Shown here: positions 27,179-37,389 of the stretch, piece after piece | Position numbering within the stretch: the stretch's first letter is position 1 | Layout of the letters: every line of letters starts with the position of its first letter | Assembly: GCA_024402405.1 (NCBI GenBank) | Contig: JAKSTW010000004.1 | Location: 6,253 to 70,252 of the forward strand | Direction of reading: 5' to 3' | Length of the DNA stretch: 64,000 nt | Source: Spirochaetia bacterium | GTDB taxonomy: Bacteria; Spirochaetota; Spirochaetia; CADAEX01 | Made by a program: the position numbers and the translations under genes | The notes under the pieces: generated by a model | Database searches by the model: none | What the model was told of the DNA's origin: nothing | Seen by the model: the letters and a program-made list of their open reading frames with translations, nothing else

Positions 27179-28537
27179 ATGAAGACTGCTGATCTGGAAT
27201 CCATACAGTTTGAGAAGATGACGAAAAAGCCTGTTCCGTGGCTTATCCTTTCTCTGTGTGCCCCTACCATTGTCAGTATGCTGACTACTTCGATCTATCA
27301 TACTGCAGATGCTTTCTTTGTCTCTCAGCTGGGAACCAGTGCCAGCGGTGCAGTCGGCATTGTGTTCTCACTCATGGCCATAATTCAGGCTGTTGGATTC
27401 TCGCTGGGAATGGGATGCGGAAGTCTTATTGCCAGAGCACTGGGCGCCAGAGACGAGGAAAAGGCTTCCATGTATGCCTCTTCAGCTTTTTTTGCTGCCA
27501 TGATATTCGGCATTACTCTGACTGTGCTTGGATTGCTGAATATTGACAGACTTATGCGGTTGCTTGGCTCCACACCTACGATTCTGCCGTATGCACGGGA
27601 TTATGCCAGATTCATCCTGCTTGGCGCTCCGATCATGTGTTCCTCCTTTGTCATGAACAATGTGCTGAGATCTGAGGGCAAAGCCGCTTTCTCAATGATA
27701 GGACTCACTGTTGGCGGCTTTCTGAATGTGGCTCTTGATCCTCTGCTGATTCTTTATATGGGGCTGGGTACTGCCGGTGCCGCTCTGGCTACTCTTATCA
27801 GCCAGTGTGTCAGCTTCTCGATTTTGCTTCAGTTTTTTATCAGAAAAAAAAGTATAACGAAACTTCAGCCTGGCTTTATATCACATGATTTCAGAAGTTA
27901 TGTGCAGATCGTAAAGAACGGATTCCCGTCACTTTGCCGGCAGGGACTGGCCAGTATATCCACGGTGATGCTGAATGTAAGTGCGGCTGCCTTCGGAGAT
28001 GCTGCAGTTGCCGCCATGTCGATTGTCACCAGGCTTATCATGTTTGTGGCTTCTATAATGATAGGAATAGGACAGGGATTCACGCCTGTTTCAGGATACA
28101 ATTACGGAGCCAAGCTGTATGCCCGGGTAAGACAGGCCTACTGGTTCACTGTGCGGCTTGGTTTTGTGGTGCTGCTGATCTTCTCCAGTGCACTGGTGAT
28201 ATGGGCTCCTGCTGTTATCAGAGCATTCCGTGATGATCCGGATGTCATAAGCATCGGTACAGTTGCGTTGAGATGGCAGGCCTGTGTGCTTCCGCTTCAT
28301 GCTTTGATCGTGGGGACCAATATGCTGATGCAGTCCACCGGACAGGCTCTTAAAGCCACTTTCCTGGCCTGTAACCGCCAGGGGGTCTATTTTATTCCTC
28401 TGATCATGATCCTTCCGAAATTTCTGGGACTGCATGGCGTTGAGATTACTCAGGCCTGCTCGGACTTCCTCAGTGTGCTGACTGCCATTCCATATGCCTT
28501 GCTTTTCATACGTTCACTTAAAAGGAGGGAAAAATAA
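27179..28537 (+). CDS. MATE-family multidrug/oligosaccharide efflux transporter
   Basis: 452 aa, 12 TM. Typical MATE N-terminal region (TIVSMLTTSIYHTADAFFVSQLG). Confidence 0.75.
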   Translation: MKTADLESIQFEKMTKKPVPWLILSLCAPTIVSMLTTSIYHTADAFFVSQLGTSASGAVGIVFSLMAIIQAVGFSLGMGCGSLIARALGARDEEKASMYASSAFFAAMIFGITLTVLGLLNIDRLMRLLGSTPTILPYARDYARFILLGAPIMCSSFVMNNVLRSEGKAAFSMIGLTVGGFLNVALDPLLILYMGLGTAGAALATLISQCVSFSILLQFFIRKKSITKLQPGFISHDFRSYVQIVKNGFPSLCRQGLASISTVMLNVSAAAFGDAAVAAMSIVTRLIMFVASIMIGIGQGFTPVSGYNYGAKLYARVRQAYWFTVRLGFVVLLIFSSALVIWAPAVIRAFRDDPDVISIGTVALRWQACVLPLHALIVGTNMLMQSTGQALKATFLACNRQGVYFIPLIMILPKFLGLHGVEITQACSDFLSVLTAIPYALLFIRSLKRREK

Positions 28538-29751
28538 TGCTGACCAGCCCTTTCCCTGAGAAAAAAGCCAGAAGAATATGCCTGAGACTGATGGAGCAGC
28601 TGGATAATGAGAAGACTTTTTCTCCTGGGACAGGACTGATGATAGGTGTGCTCTGCTGTGATGACAGTGATGGAAACCGTGTTGTATTGAAAGCTTTTTC
28701 CGGGCAGTACGATGGCTCCTGGGAACTGCCTGGCTGGGTAGGTCCTGCCTTTGATGTGGATAAGTTCTGGAAAATTGCAGACGAGGCTGACCGAAAGATA
28801 AAGTCCGGTATGCTGGGTGCTGAAGAGTGCAGGACTGTTTCCAGAAAAGCTCAGGAGGATATTTTCGCACTCTATGAGTTTCATTGTGCAGATGGCAGGA
28901 TCATATCTCTGCAGGATGTGTTCCAGAACAGAGGATTCCCAGGTGGAACCGGCGACTGCTGTGAGATAAAACTGCTGAATCATGCATTCCGAAATCATCT
29001 GCAGCCTGTTAGTATGGCACAGTTCTTTTATGGTCAGGAGAATCCGTCCGGGAACAGAAAACATGGAGAGTTCTATTCCCCTTGCGACGAAAAATGTGTA
29101 CCGATCCTGAGAGAAATGCTGGGACTGGATATACTGTATCTGGATCAGGATATTGTAGTGGTGAATAAGCCTGCTGGATTGCTTTCTGTTCCTGGCAAGG
29201 GAGAGGATAAGCAGGACTGTGTGGTAAGCCGAGTCAGACGGCTTTATCCATGGTGCGTGAGAAACCCTGCGGCTCACCGGCTGGATATGGATACATCGGG
29301 ACTTCTGGTGCTGGGGCTGACAGAGAATGCCCACAGACAGCTGTCCATGCAGTTTGAGGGACGCCAGGTGAAGAAAAAATATATTGCTGTTCTTGATGGA
29401 ATTTTGAAATATGACAGCGGGAGAATGGAACTTCCTTTCCGGCTGGATCCTGAGAACCGGCCTTATCAGGTTTATGACCCGGTGAATGGCCGTATGGGCG
29501 TGACATTATGGAGACGATTGCGGGTTTATGATGGAATGACCAGAGTAGAGTTCACACCTCTTACAGGGAGAACTCATCAGCTGAGGATCCATTCTGCCAG
29601 TCCTAAAGGGCTGGGCATTCCTATTGTAGGTGACCGGCTTTATGGCACAAGAACTGAAGGACAGAGACTGCTGCTCCATGCCGGGTATCTCCAGTTCGTT
29701 CATCCTGGAACCGGTAAGACCATGTGCTTTGAGGTTGAGGCACCTTTCTGA
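28537..29751 (+). CDS. RluA-family pseudouridine synthase with roughly 180-aa N-terminal domain of unknown function
   Basis: C-terminal half has VVVNKPAGLLSVPG and HRLDMDTSGLLVLG (catalytic Asp). N-terminal 180 aa has no recognisable motif and several Cys. Confidence 0.7.
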   Translation: MLTSPFPEKKARRICLRLMEQLDNEKTFSPGTGLMIGVLCCDDSDGNRVVLKAFSGQYDGSWELPGWVGPAFDVDKFWKIADEADRKIKSGMLGAEECRTVSRKAQEDIFALYEFHCADGRIISLQDVFQNRGFPGGTGDCCEIKLLNHAFRNHLQPVSMAQFFYGQENPSGNRKHGEFYSPCDEKCVPILREMLGLDILYLDQDIVVVNKPAGLLSVPGKGEDKQDCVVSRVRRLYPWCVRNPAAHRLDMDTSGLLVLGLTENAHRQLSMQFEGRQVKKKYIAVLDGILKYDSGRMELPFRLDPENRPYQVYDPVNGRMGVTLWRRLRVYDGMTRVEFTPLTGRTHQLRIHSASPKGLGIPIVGDRLYGTRTEGQRLLLHAGYLQFVHPGTGKTMCFEVEAPF

Positions 29752-29765
29752 GATATCAGCCTGAA

Positions 29766-30443
29766 TTATCTTCTTCTTTTTGACAGAAGTATGAATCTTG
29801 CCAGGTTGGCTACAGCTGTCAGTGCTGATGCCACATAAGTCATGGCCGCTGCTGTCAGAACTTTCTTGACACCTGCTAGCTCTTCCTCATTTAATGTGCC
29901 CGAACTCCTGAGTATTTTTATTGCTCTGGCTGATGCATCCATTTCCACAGGAAGTGTGACCAGATAGAAGAGAACTGCACATCCGAAAAGGATCAGACCA
30001 ATGTTGATGAGAAGACCATATCCCAGAATGATTCCCAGAATTGCCAGCATCGGACCAGCTCCTGAGCCGATATTTGCCAGAGGTACCAGTGAGCTTCTGA
30101 GCACCAGCGGACCATATCCTGTCTTGTGCTGGATGGCATGACCTGTCTCATGTGCTGCAACCCCGATGGCTGCTATTGATGTCTGCCCATATACTGGCTG
30201 TGATAATCTGAGGACTTTTGCTGACGGATCATAGTGGTCAGTGAGACTGCCCTGTATAGCCTGGATTTTCACATCATTTATCTTATTTGAATACATAAGA
30301 TATTCTGCTGCCTGGCGACCTGTGATCCCTTTTCTGCTTGCCACTTTTGAATATTTAGCAAATGTGGTTGTCACCAGATACTGAGCATACATTGAGAGAA
30401 GCAGTGTAGGAACTACTAGAATAATATAATAGATATCAACCAT
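29766..30443 (-). CDS. membrane-anchored neutral zinc metallopeptidase (pfam04228-like)
   Basis: N-terminal TM, HExxH motif AHETGHAIQH, and a C-terminal TM pair. Confidence 0.6.
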   Translation of the reverse strand: MVDIYYIILVVPTLLLSMYAQYLVTTTFAKYSKVASRKGITGRQAAEYLMYSNKINDVKIQAIQGSLTDHYDPSAKVLRLSQPVYGQTSIAAIGVAAHETGHAIQHKTGYGPLVLRSSLVPLANIGSGAGPMLAILGIILGYGLLINIGLILFGCAVLFYLVTLPVEMDASARAIKILRSSGTLNEEELAGVKKVLTAAAMTYVASALTAVANLARFILLSKRRR

Positions 30444-30448
30444 ATGCT

Positions 30449-31873
30449 TTAGATCTTATCAATAAGTATTGAACATTTGCCTGATGGTATAGGCAACCGC
30501 TTTTTCTTGCCGCCAAGAATATTGATGGTGAAGTAATAAAGTTTCTCTGATTCCATTCTGACTTCCCATCCTCTTCCGCTTTTGTTCACAAGAATTGTTA
30601 TCATGTTGCGCTTCAGTGACAGATCCTCAATTCCCATGATTTCCAGTATCGGTATGGTCCAGTCCACTGTCTTCCTTGGCAGACTGATATAAAGGCCGAT
30701 GACATTCTCGATCATCAGAGTGATGGTGCTGAGTGCGACATAGGACAGAAAATTTTTCCTGGGGAAATTTTTCTTACCTTCCCACTTTGATGGGGCTCCC
30801 TTTACCGGTGAATATGCCTCGTAGATATCTCCCTGTTTGTCTCCGTCAGGGTGCAGTGTGTCCAGTATGAAGTACAGATGGCGGATGGCACATTCTCTGG
30901 CGAAATCGTATCTCTCATATTTTTCCAGCCCTTTTATCAGCATGAATGTCATATGAGGATATACAGATCCGCAGTATCCTCTTCCTGCAGGATCAAAAGC
31001 CGGGGAGTCTGAAGCCAATGTCGGGAACGGATTCTCTGTTGCAAACGGACCATCGGAAAGGAGGTTTATCATTGCTGCAGCCTTGTCCTCGCTTGGAATC
31101 TGTGCCAGGAGGACCCAGTATGATGCAATGGTCTTTACCTTGACTTTCTCCTCATTCTTGTTGAGGTCGTAGTAAAAATTATCTTCCTCGTCCCACATCA
31201 GTGCATCAATTCTTGTCTTGAGGGAATAATATTTCTTCTTGTATTTGAAGCTGATTTCCTTATCATTGAGAATATCACCGATGGCAGACATATAGTATGC
31301 GTTGAGGGCCATCTGTGAGTTGAAGTCAATGAGGTATGCAGCCTTGTCTCTTGGAGTATTGTCCATCTGCTCAACTGCAAGGTGAACTTTGAAGAGTCCA
31401 TTCTTCTGCTGGAATTTTGACTCGATCCACTCATAATATTTTTCCAGCACAGGAATAACTTCCTTGAGCCGTTTCTTTACACCTATTTTATGATAGATAT
31501 TGAATTCTGCCCATGAGAACAGCGGAGGGAAAAGACATTCCGGATTGTCGCGGGTAAAGACCGGCATACCTGTTTCCTGATTATAAATTCCGCGGATCGC
31601 TCCTGATTCTTCCTGTTTGCCGTAGAAATTATCAAGTGCCTGAGTAGGGGAGAATATTGAATTGCTGTAGACCAGAAAAAAAGTTGAGAGACATGCCTCG
31701 TATTGATTTATGACTGTATTTTCCGGATAATTGTAATATTTGTTCTGAAAACCATTTTTCTTGGTTCCTTTTACCCAAAAATCATTGAGCCACAGCCAAG
31801 TTTTATTATATATATCTACAAAATCCTGATCATAAAAATGAATAATAGGGAATCCTGTTTTTAACACGGTCAC
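30449..31873 (-). CDS. glycoside hydrolase, six-hairpin (GH63/MGH-like) family (putative)
   Basis: 474 aa cytoplasmic protein. Aromatic/acidic-rich (alpha/alpha)6-type sequence. Family assignment by general resemblance only. Confidence 0.4.
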   Translation of the reverse strand: MTVLKTGFPIIHFYDQDFVDIYNKTWLWLNDFWVKGTKKNGFQNKYYNYPENTVINQYEACLSTFFLVYSNSIFSPTQALDNFYGKQEESGAIRGIYNQETGMPVFTRDNPECLFPPLFSWAEFNIYHKIGVKKRLKEVIPVLEKYYEWIESKFQQKNGLFKVHLAVEQMDNTPRDKAAYLIDFNSQMALNAYYMSAIGDILNDKEISFKYKKKYYSLKTRIDALMWDEEDNFYYDLNKNEEKVKVKTIASYWVLLAQIPSEDKAAAMINLLSDGPFATENPFPTLASDSPAFDPAGRGYCGSVYPHMTFMLIKGLEKYERYDFARECAIRHLYFILDTLHPDGDKQGDIYEAYSPVKGAPSKWEGKKNFPRKNFLSYVALSTITLMIENVIGLYISLPRKTVDWTIPILEIMGIEDLSLKRNMITILVNKSGRGWEVRMESEKLYYFTINILGGKKKRLPIPSGKCSILIDKI

Positions 31874-31975
31874 TCCTTATGTAAAGCAACATTTATTGTA
31901 CATCACAATTTTATTCCAGTCAAATTTTTTTATTTTTTTTATTGACATTTCGGGGTTAAGTTATATTTTATCAGT

Positions 31976-32329
31976 ATGACTACATGTGATTTTGCGGAAA
32001 AAGTACTGAAACTGAGCCCGGAAGTGCTGAAAAAGCGGACGATATTCATTAAATTTATTGTGTCAGGCGGAAATGTTGTCTTCGATCCTGAACTGTTTGT
32101 CTATTTTGAGGAGAATTATGGCGAGGACAGCCTGTATCATAAGGATATTGCAGGTGCCAATAATATTGACCTGGGAAAAGTTCAGGGCGGCGCATTTGTA
32201 GGAATCGGCTGGGATAAGGTCATTGTATCAGGTTTCAGCACGCAGTTTGGCGGAGTTGAAGAATTCCGCGAGAATGTGCTCAGGTATTTTGAGTCATATT
32301 TTGACTGTCCGGTGGAAATGAATATATAG
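31976..32329 (+). CDS. hypothetical protein (117 aa) immediately upstream of hydE
   Basis: ORF ends 10 nt before the hydE start. No recognisable motif. Confidence 0.3.
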   Translation: MTTCDFAEKVLKLSPEVLKKRTIFIKFIVSGGNVVFDPELFVYFEENYGEDSLYHKDIAGANNIDLGKVQGGAFVGIGWDKVIVSGFSTQFGGVEEFRENVLRYFESYFDCPVEMNI

Positions 32330-32338
32330 GATTCGGTT

Positions 32339-33322
32339 ATGGAGATCATGGATAAAAAAACAGAAGAACGGATCAGACAGGCAGATCTCATTACGGAAAA
32401 GGAATTTCATAAGAAAGTGTTTATCCGGGGAATAATAGAATTCTCCAATTATTGCCGCAAGAACTGCAGATACTGCGGAATCAGACGTGAAAATGCCGGG
32501 GTAAGCCGTTACCGTATGAGTCCGGATGAGATCGTGTCTGTGGCTGAAATGAATCTGCAGAAGGGTATAAAGACCATTGTGCTCCAGAGCGGCGAAGATC
32601 TTTCTTATACCAGGGAAGTGATGTCAGATATCATAAGAAGGATCAAGGCGCTGGATCCTGACTGTGCCATAACCCTGTCCATCGGAGAACGGAGCTGGGA
32701 GGATTATGCTGCTTTCAAGGAAGCTGGTGCTGACAGATTTCTCATGCGGTTTGAGACCAGTGACAGAGCACTTTTCAGACAGCTGCATCCTGACGATGAT
32801 TTTGATGTGCGAATGAGGGCATTGCAGGATCTGAGAGAACTTGGATATGAGGTGGGATCCGGATTCATGATCGGAATTCCTGGAGAAACTGCTGATGCTG
32901 ATGACCGCAATATAGATATGCTGGAGAAGATAGATGTTCATATGATAGGGGCCGGTCCTTTTCTTCCTGCTGCCGGTACTCCTATGGAGAATGAGAGGAT
33001 TTCTGCTGATCTGGAGCGGTGTCTGGATGTATATGCCAGAATCAGAATCCGGTTTCCGAAGGCTAATATGGCGGCTGCCACTGCCCTGGATGCACTGGAC
33101 AAAGGTGGGAGAAAACTTTCTCTCGCAGCAGGTGCAAATGTTGTGATGCCCAATACCACACCGCTGAAATACCGTGACAGTTATTCTATTTATGAGCGCA
33201 AAGGAAAACTGGATGACCACATGGCGGATGCTGAATACCTGGGGGTAGAGCTTGAACGGCTGGGATATGTCCCTATGTGGAATGAGCGAGGAGATTCACT
33301 GCTGGTAAAAAACAATGGATAA
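32339..33322 (+). CDS. hydE: [FeFe]-hydrogenase maturase HydE (radical SAM)
   Basis: CRKNCRYC radical SAM motif in the biotin-synthase-like fold. Strong overall resemblance to HydE (IIEFSNYCRKNCRYCGIRREN...GIKTIVLQSGED). Confidence 0.75.
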   Translation: MEIMDKKTEERIRQADLITEKEFHKKVFIRGIIEFSNYCRKNCRYCGIRRENAGVSRYRMSPDEIVSVAEMNLQKGIKTIVLQSGEDLSYTREVMSDIIRRIKALDPDCAITLSIGERSWEDYAAFKEAGADRFLMRFETSDRALFRQLHPDDDFDVRMRALQDLRELGYEVGSGFMIGIPGETADADDRNIDMLEKIDVHMIGAGPFLPAAGTPMENERISADLERCLDVYARIRIRFPKANMAAATALDALDKGGRKLSLAAGANVVMPNTTPLKYRDSYSIYERKGKLDDHMADAEYLGVELERLGYVPMWNERGDSLLVKNNG

Positions 33323-33405
33323 AAATGACTCGGGTCAGATTTTCTGAATGGAATTATCTGATCAGTCGGGAGGTCTGTGTTTATCACCGGCTTCCCGCTG
33401 ATGTT

Positions 33406-34791
33406 TTACTGATCTTTTCTGCAGAAGATTTTTTTACCGTCGCCCTTTTTGCCCGTGTAAATTCCGTGTTCAACGATTACTTTTCCGCGGAGGAGTACGG
33501 TCTCCGGTCTTCCTTTCTGTTCCATCCCCTCATAAATGCTGTAATCCACACCTTCCAGGCATGTGTTTGCACTCATTATTCCTCGATAGTCCGGATCGAA
33601 GATCACAATATCGGCATCATATCCGGGTGCTATATGGCCTTTTCCTGCAAGACCATTTATTCGGGCTGGATTTGTAGACATGATTTCCACAAATTTCTGT
33701 CTGGAGAGCTTTCCTTCACATACTCCGTATGTCCAGATGGCATTCAATCTGTTCTGGACTGAAGGTGCCCCGTTTGGAATATCTGCGAAAGTGCAGCCTT
33801 TTCCCATGCCCAGATGCTTCTGTACTGCCCAGTCAAATCCGCAATGATCGGAACTTACAGCATTCAGCCATCCGTTCCTTAAAGCTTCCCAGAGGTATGG
33901 CTGATGGTCTTTTGTGCGGAGAGCCGGCGAGCACACGAATTTAGCACCTTCATCATTTGGAAGAGCCAGAGATGACTCGTCAAAAAGAAGGTAATGTGCA
34001 CAGGTCTCACCAGCTACAGGAAGTCCTTTCTGCTGTGCCTCTTTGATGGCCGAAAGTGCCTCACGGCATGTCACATGGACGATATATACCGGTGCCTGAC
34101 ACATTTCAGCAAGGCGGATTGCTCTCTGTGTGGCTTCTCCCTCCACGATGGGCGGTCTTGACAGTGCATGATAATATGCTCCGGTCTTTCCTTCTGCGAT
34201 CAGTTTTTTTGTCAGATAATCCACCATATCAGCATTTTCAGCATGCAGCATCACGGTGACTCCTGCCTCTTTGCCAGCTGCAAGAGCACGTATTATTGTT
34301 TCATCATCAGCATGGAAAAACTGTCCTTTATATGCCATGAACAATTTCATTGTGATGCAGCCAATGCCAGGAAGATCCTTTATTTCTTCAAAGACCTCAG
34401 GACGTGCATCAGTAAGAACAGGATGGAACGCATAGTCCACCATGGAGATGCCCTTTACATAATTTCTGTCATAATCTGAAAGTGACTCAATGAGACCGCG
34501 GCCTTTTTCCTGATTCACGAACTCCACCACTGTGGTGGTACCTCCGACAGTACAGGCATTTGTGGTCTCGAATCCGCGTACACGGCTTCCTTTATATACG
34601 AAGGAATAATGTACATGCTGGTCAATTCCACCCGGCATCACATATTTTCCGCTGGCATCAATTACTCTGTCAGCTGTATTTTCAGGAAGATCCGTACCGA
34701 TGGCTGTTATTTTTTCACCATCTGTCAGAACATCGGCCCTGAATTCGTCTTCTGCTGTAAGAACTGTTCCATTTTTGATCAGTATTTTCAT
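33406..34791 (-). CDS. dihydropyrimidinase / D-hydantoinase
   Basis: 461 aa cyclic amidohydrolase. MKILIKNGTVLT start, metal-binding HxH (DQHVHY), and carboxylated-Lys region (MAYKG). Confidence 0.78.
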   Translation of the reverse strand: MKILIKNGTVLTAEDEFRADVLTDGEKITAIGTDLPENTADRVIDASGKYVMPGGIDQHVHYSFVYKGSRVRGFETTNACTVGGTTTVVEFVNQEKGRGLIESLSDYDRNYVKGISMVDYAFHPVLTDARPEVFEEIKDLPGIGCITMKLFMAYKGQFFHADDETIIRALAAGKEAGVTVMLHAENADMVDYLTKKLIAEGKTGAYYHALSRPPIVEGEATQRAIRLAEMCQAPVYIVHVTCREALSAIKEAQQKGLPVAGETCAHYLLFDESSLALPNDEGAKFVCSPALRTKDHQPYLWEALRNGWLNAVSSDHCGFDWAVQKHLGMGKGCTFADIPNGAPSVQNRLNAIWTYGVCEGKLSRQKFVEIMSTNPARINGLAGKGHIAPGYDADIVIFDPDYRGIMSANTCLEGVDYSIYEGMEQKGRPETVLLRGKVIVEHGIYTGKKGDGKKIFCRKDQ

Positions 34792-34792
34792 G

Positions 34793-36112
34793 TCAGAGTC
34801 CCTCCCTGTCCAGTTTCAGCACCGCATTGAGCAGAACTGTTGCTCCTCCGGTACACTGTCTTACAGAGGTGTGTTCTGGTTCGCAATGTGAAAGACCGCC
34901 GTCAGATGGTACAAAGATCATGGTGGTTGGCAGCATGTAGGATGCATACTGTGCATCATGACCAGCACCGGAATGAATGTCCATATGAGAAATACCGGTT
35001 TCTTCAGCTGCCTGCCGAACATAATTCACCAGTGCAGGGTTCCAGTAGACAGTGTCACGGTTCCAGCCCAGCTCCACTTCACAGCTGCACTGCTGCCATT
35101 TCCTTTCTGGAAGCCTGAACAGGATCTTGCGGACCTTATCCAGTACGGCCGGATCCTCATGGCGTACATCAATTGAAAAATCAAAATAGTCAGGAATCAC
35201 AGTGTTCACACATGGATGTATCACTACCTCTCCTGTTGTATAGACCAGATCATCAACACCCAGTCTGTCGATCTCTTCGTGCAGATAACACAGTGCCTCA
35301 GCAGCGGCATGAAACGCATCATGTCGTTTTTTCATTGGAAATGTGCCGGCATGAGCAGCAAACCCGTAAAATTTTATCCTGTAGATCATCTGTCCCAGCA
35401 CGCAGGTTACAACACCCAGATCCTTTCCGGCGTCTTCCAGAATAGGTCCCTGCTCGATATGAAGTTCAAACATTGCCAGATATCTGTCTGGTGACAGACG
35501 GTTTTCTTTTTTGCCGAGATATCTGAATGCGGAGAGCTTCTTGCCGAACTCAGTTTTGCGGTCTACGATGGAGACAGATTTCAGCATCTTGTCTTCTTTA
35601 AAATTATCTCTGAATCGTTCCGGCATGAAATCGTGGCATACGATCCCGGAACACATCATACATGGAGGAAATTCAGATCCTTCCTCATTAGTCCAGATCA
35701 TTGCGGTAAGAGGATGTGTATGCGGGATGTGTTCTGCTGCCACAGTCTCCAGCACTTCCATGGCACCCATCACGCCCAGAATTCCATCGTAATTACCGCC
35801 ATTCTTGACTGAATCACAGTGGGAACCCATTACGATCCGCTTTGCCTGAGGATCGCTTCCCGGTAGGGTGGCATACATATTGGCCAGATCATCTGTTTCA
35901 ATCACTGCTCCGATTTTTTCCATGCGCCGCACGAACTCATCACGTGCCGACTCATCCTCTTTGGAGAGAGCATATCGTGTGATTCCACCATGTCCGGCAT
36001 CACCGAATTTAGAAAATGTCATTATTTTGTCATGCATCCTTTCCGCACTGCACTGATATATCATAAAATCCTCCTGAAATATAATGATATCATAGGTCAC
36101 TGTGATCCGCAA
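34793..36112 (-). CDS. M20-family amidohydrolase (N-carbamoyl-L-amino-acid hydrolase / allantoate amidohydrolase type)
   Basis: Zn-binding motifs (GSHCDSV, NEEGSEF, IHSGAGHDA). Forms an operon with the hydantoinase. True start probably an internal Met. Confidence 0.72.
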   Translation of the reverse strand: MRITVTYDIIIFQEDFMIYQCSAERMHDKIMTFSKFGDAGHGGITRYALSKEDESARDEFVRRMEKIGAVIETDDLANMYATLPGSDPQAKRIVMGSHCDSVKNGGNYDGILGVMGAMEVLETVAAEHIPHTHPLTAMIWTNEEGSEFPPCMMCSGIVCHDFMPERFRDNFKEDKMLKSVSIVDRKTEFGKKLSAFRYLGKKENRLSPDRYLAMFELHIEQGPILEDAGKDLGVVTCVLGQMIYRIKFYGFAAHAGTFPMKKRHDAFHAAAEALCYLHEEIDRLGVDDLVYTTGEVVIHPCVNTVIPDYFDFSIDVRHEDPAVLDKVRKILFRLPERKWQQCSCEVELGWNRDTVYWNPALVNYVRQAAEETGISHMDIHSGAGHDAQYASYMLPTTMIFVPSDGGLSHCEPEHTSVRQCTGGATVLLNAVLKLDREGL

Positions 36113-36152
36113 TATTATCCGCTGTTATGTAAATGACTCTGATGCCGCAAAT

Positions 36153-36184
36153 AAAAAAAGCGTTCCATTTCGGAACGCTTTTTA
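36153..36184. terminator. bidirectional hairpin terminator (A-run/stem/T-run) downstream of serA
   Basis: AAAAAAAGCGTTCC-atttc-GGAACGCTTTTT. Confidence 0.5.
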
Positions 36185-36205
36185 TGTCTGAGATCACATT
36201 GATCT

Positions 36206-37387
36206 TCAGATAAGTCTTACGGAGATCACACCTTCTGCGGACTCAAGCTTTGTGATCACTCTCTGGAGCATCTCATCAGAAACATCGCATTTACTGTCGA
36301 TTTCAACAATGTTATAAGCATATCCATTCTTATTTTTGTTGATATATTCGGCAATGTTGATTTTCTCGCTTGCCATGATCGTGGAAAGCTGTCCGATCAC
36401 ATTAGGAATATCCTTGTTGATGATGGTGAGTCTCTTTCTTCCGGTATATGGCATCTCACAGTTAGGGAAGTTCACAGAGTTCTTGATATTTCCGAACTCA
36501 AGATAATCTTTCAGTTCTGTTGCTGCCATTGCCGCACAGTTGTCCTCGGCTTCTTCGGAGGATGCTCCCAGGTGAGGGATAGCAATTACATTGTTCATGT
36601 TGATGAGCTCTGCATCAGGGAAGTCTGTCATGTACTTTGATATGATTCCTGCTTCGATGGCAGCCTTAAGGTCATCATTCTTTACCAGTCCGCCGCGGGC
36701 AAAGTTGAGAAGTACAGTTCCCTTCTTCATGATTGCAAACTTGTCTGCATTGAACATTCCCTTTGTACCGTCAGTCAGAGGAACATGCACTGTGATATAG
36801 TCTGATTCAGCGATGAGTGTGTCCAGGCTGATTGCCTTCCTGATCTCTCTTGAGAGACCCCATGCGGCGTCAACAGAAATATATGGGTCGAATCCGATTA
36901 CGTTCATTCCCAGTGCTGCTGCGCTGTTGGCAACCATGACTCCGATTGCACCCAGTCCGATGACGCCCAGTGTCTTGCCTTTCAGCTCGTGTCCTACAAA
37001 CTGTCCTTTGCCTTTTTCTACCAGCTGTGGAACCTCGTCACCCTTGTCTGCCAGTGTCTTGCACCAGTCAATGGCTGCAGGAATGTTTCTGGAGGCAATG
37101 AACATGGATGCGATGACAAGTTCCTTTACGCTGTTTGCATTGGCACCAGGAGTGTTGAATACAACTATACCTTTTTCTGTGCATTTATCTATAGGAATGT
37201 TGTTTACGCCTGCACCTGCTCTTGCTACTGCCAGCAGTGAAGCAGGGAGCTCCATATCATGCATCTTGAAGCTTCTGAGAATGATTCCATCAGGATTTGC
37301 CATCTCTGATGCTGTCTCGTATTTGTCTCTGTCCAGCAGGGAAAGTCCTGCCACTGAAATTTTATTAAGTGTCTGAATCTTATACAT
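36206..37387 (-). CDS. serA: D-3-phosphoglycerate dehydrogenase with C-terminal ACT domain
   Basis: 393 aa. NAD-binding GVIGLGAIG, catalytic region, and an ACT domain. Confidence 0.85.
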   Translation of the reverse strand: MYKIQTLNKISVAGLSLLDRDKYETASEMANPDGIILRSFKMHDMELPASLLAVARAGAGVNNIPIDKCTEKGIVVFNTPGANANSVKELVIASMFIASRNIPAAIDWCKTLADKGDEVPQLVEKGKGQFVGHELKGKTLGVIGLGAIGVMVANSAAALGMNVIGFDPYISVDAAWGLSREIRKAISLDTLIAESDYITVHVPLTDGTKGMFNADKFAIMKKGTVLLNFARGGLVKNDDLKAAIEAGIISKYMTDFPDAELINMNNVIAIPHLGASSEEAEDNCAAMAATELKDYLEFGNIKNSVNFPNCEMPYTGRKRLTIINKDIPNVIGQLSTIMASEKINIAEYINKNKNGYAYNIVEIDSKCDVSDEMLQRVITKLESAEGVISVRLI

Positions 37388-37389
37388 AA

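Noticed and set aside
28450-29334. 294-aa minus-strand ORF antisense to the RluA-family gene
   Set aside because: Low-complexity translation with no motifs. The opposite strand carries a clear RluA catalytic core (HRLDMDTSG), so this is treated as a shadow ORF.
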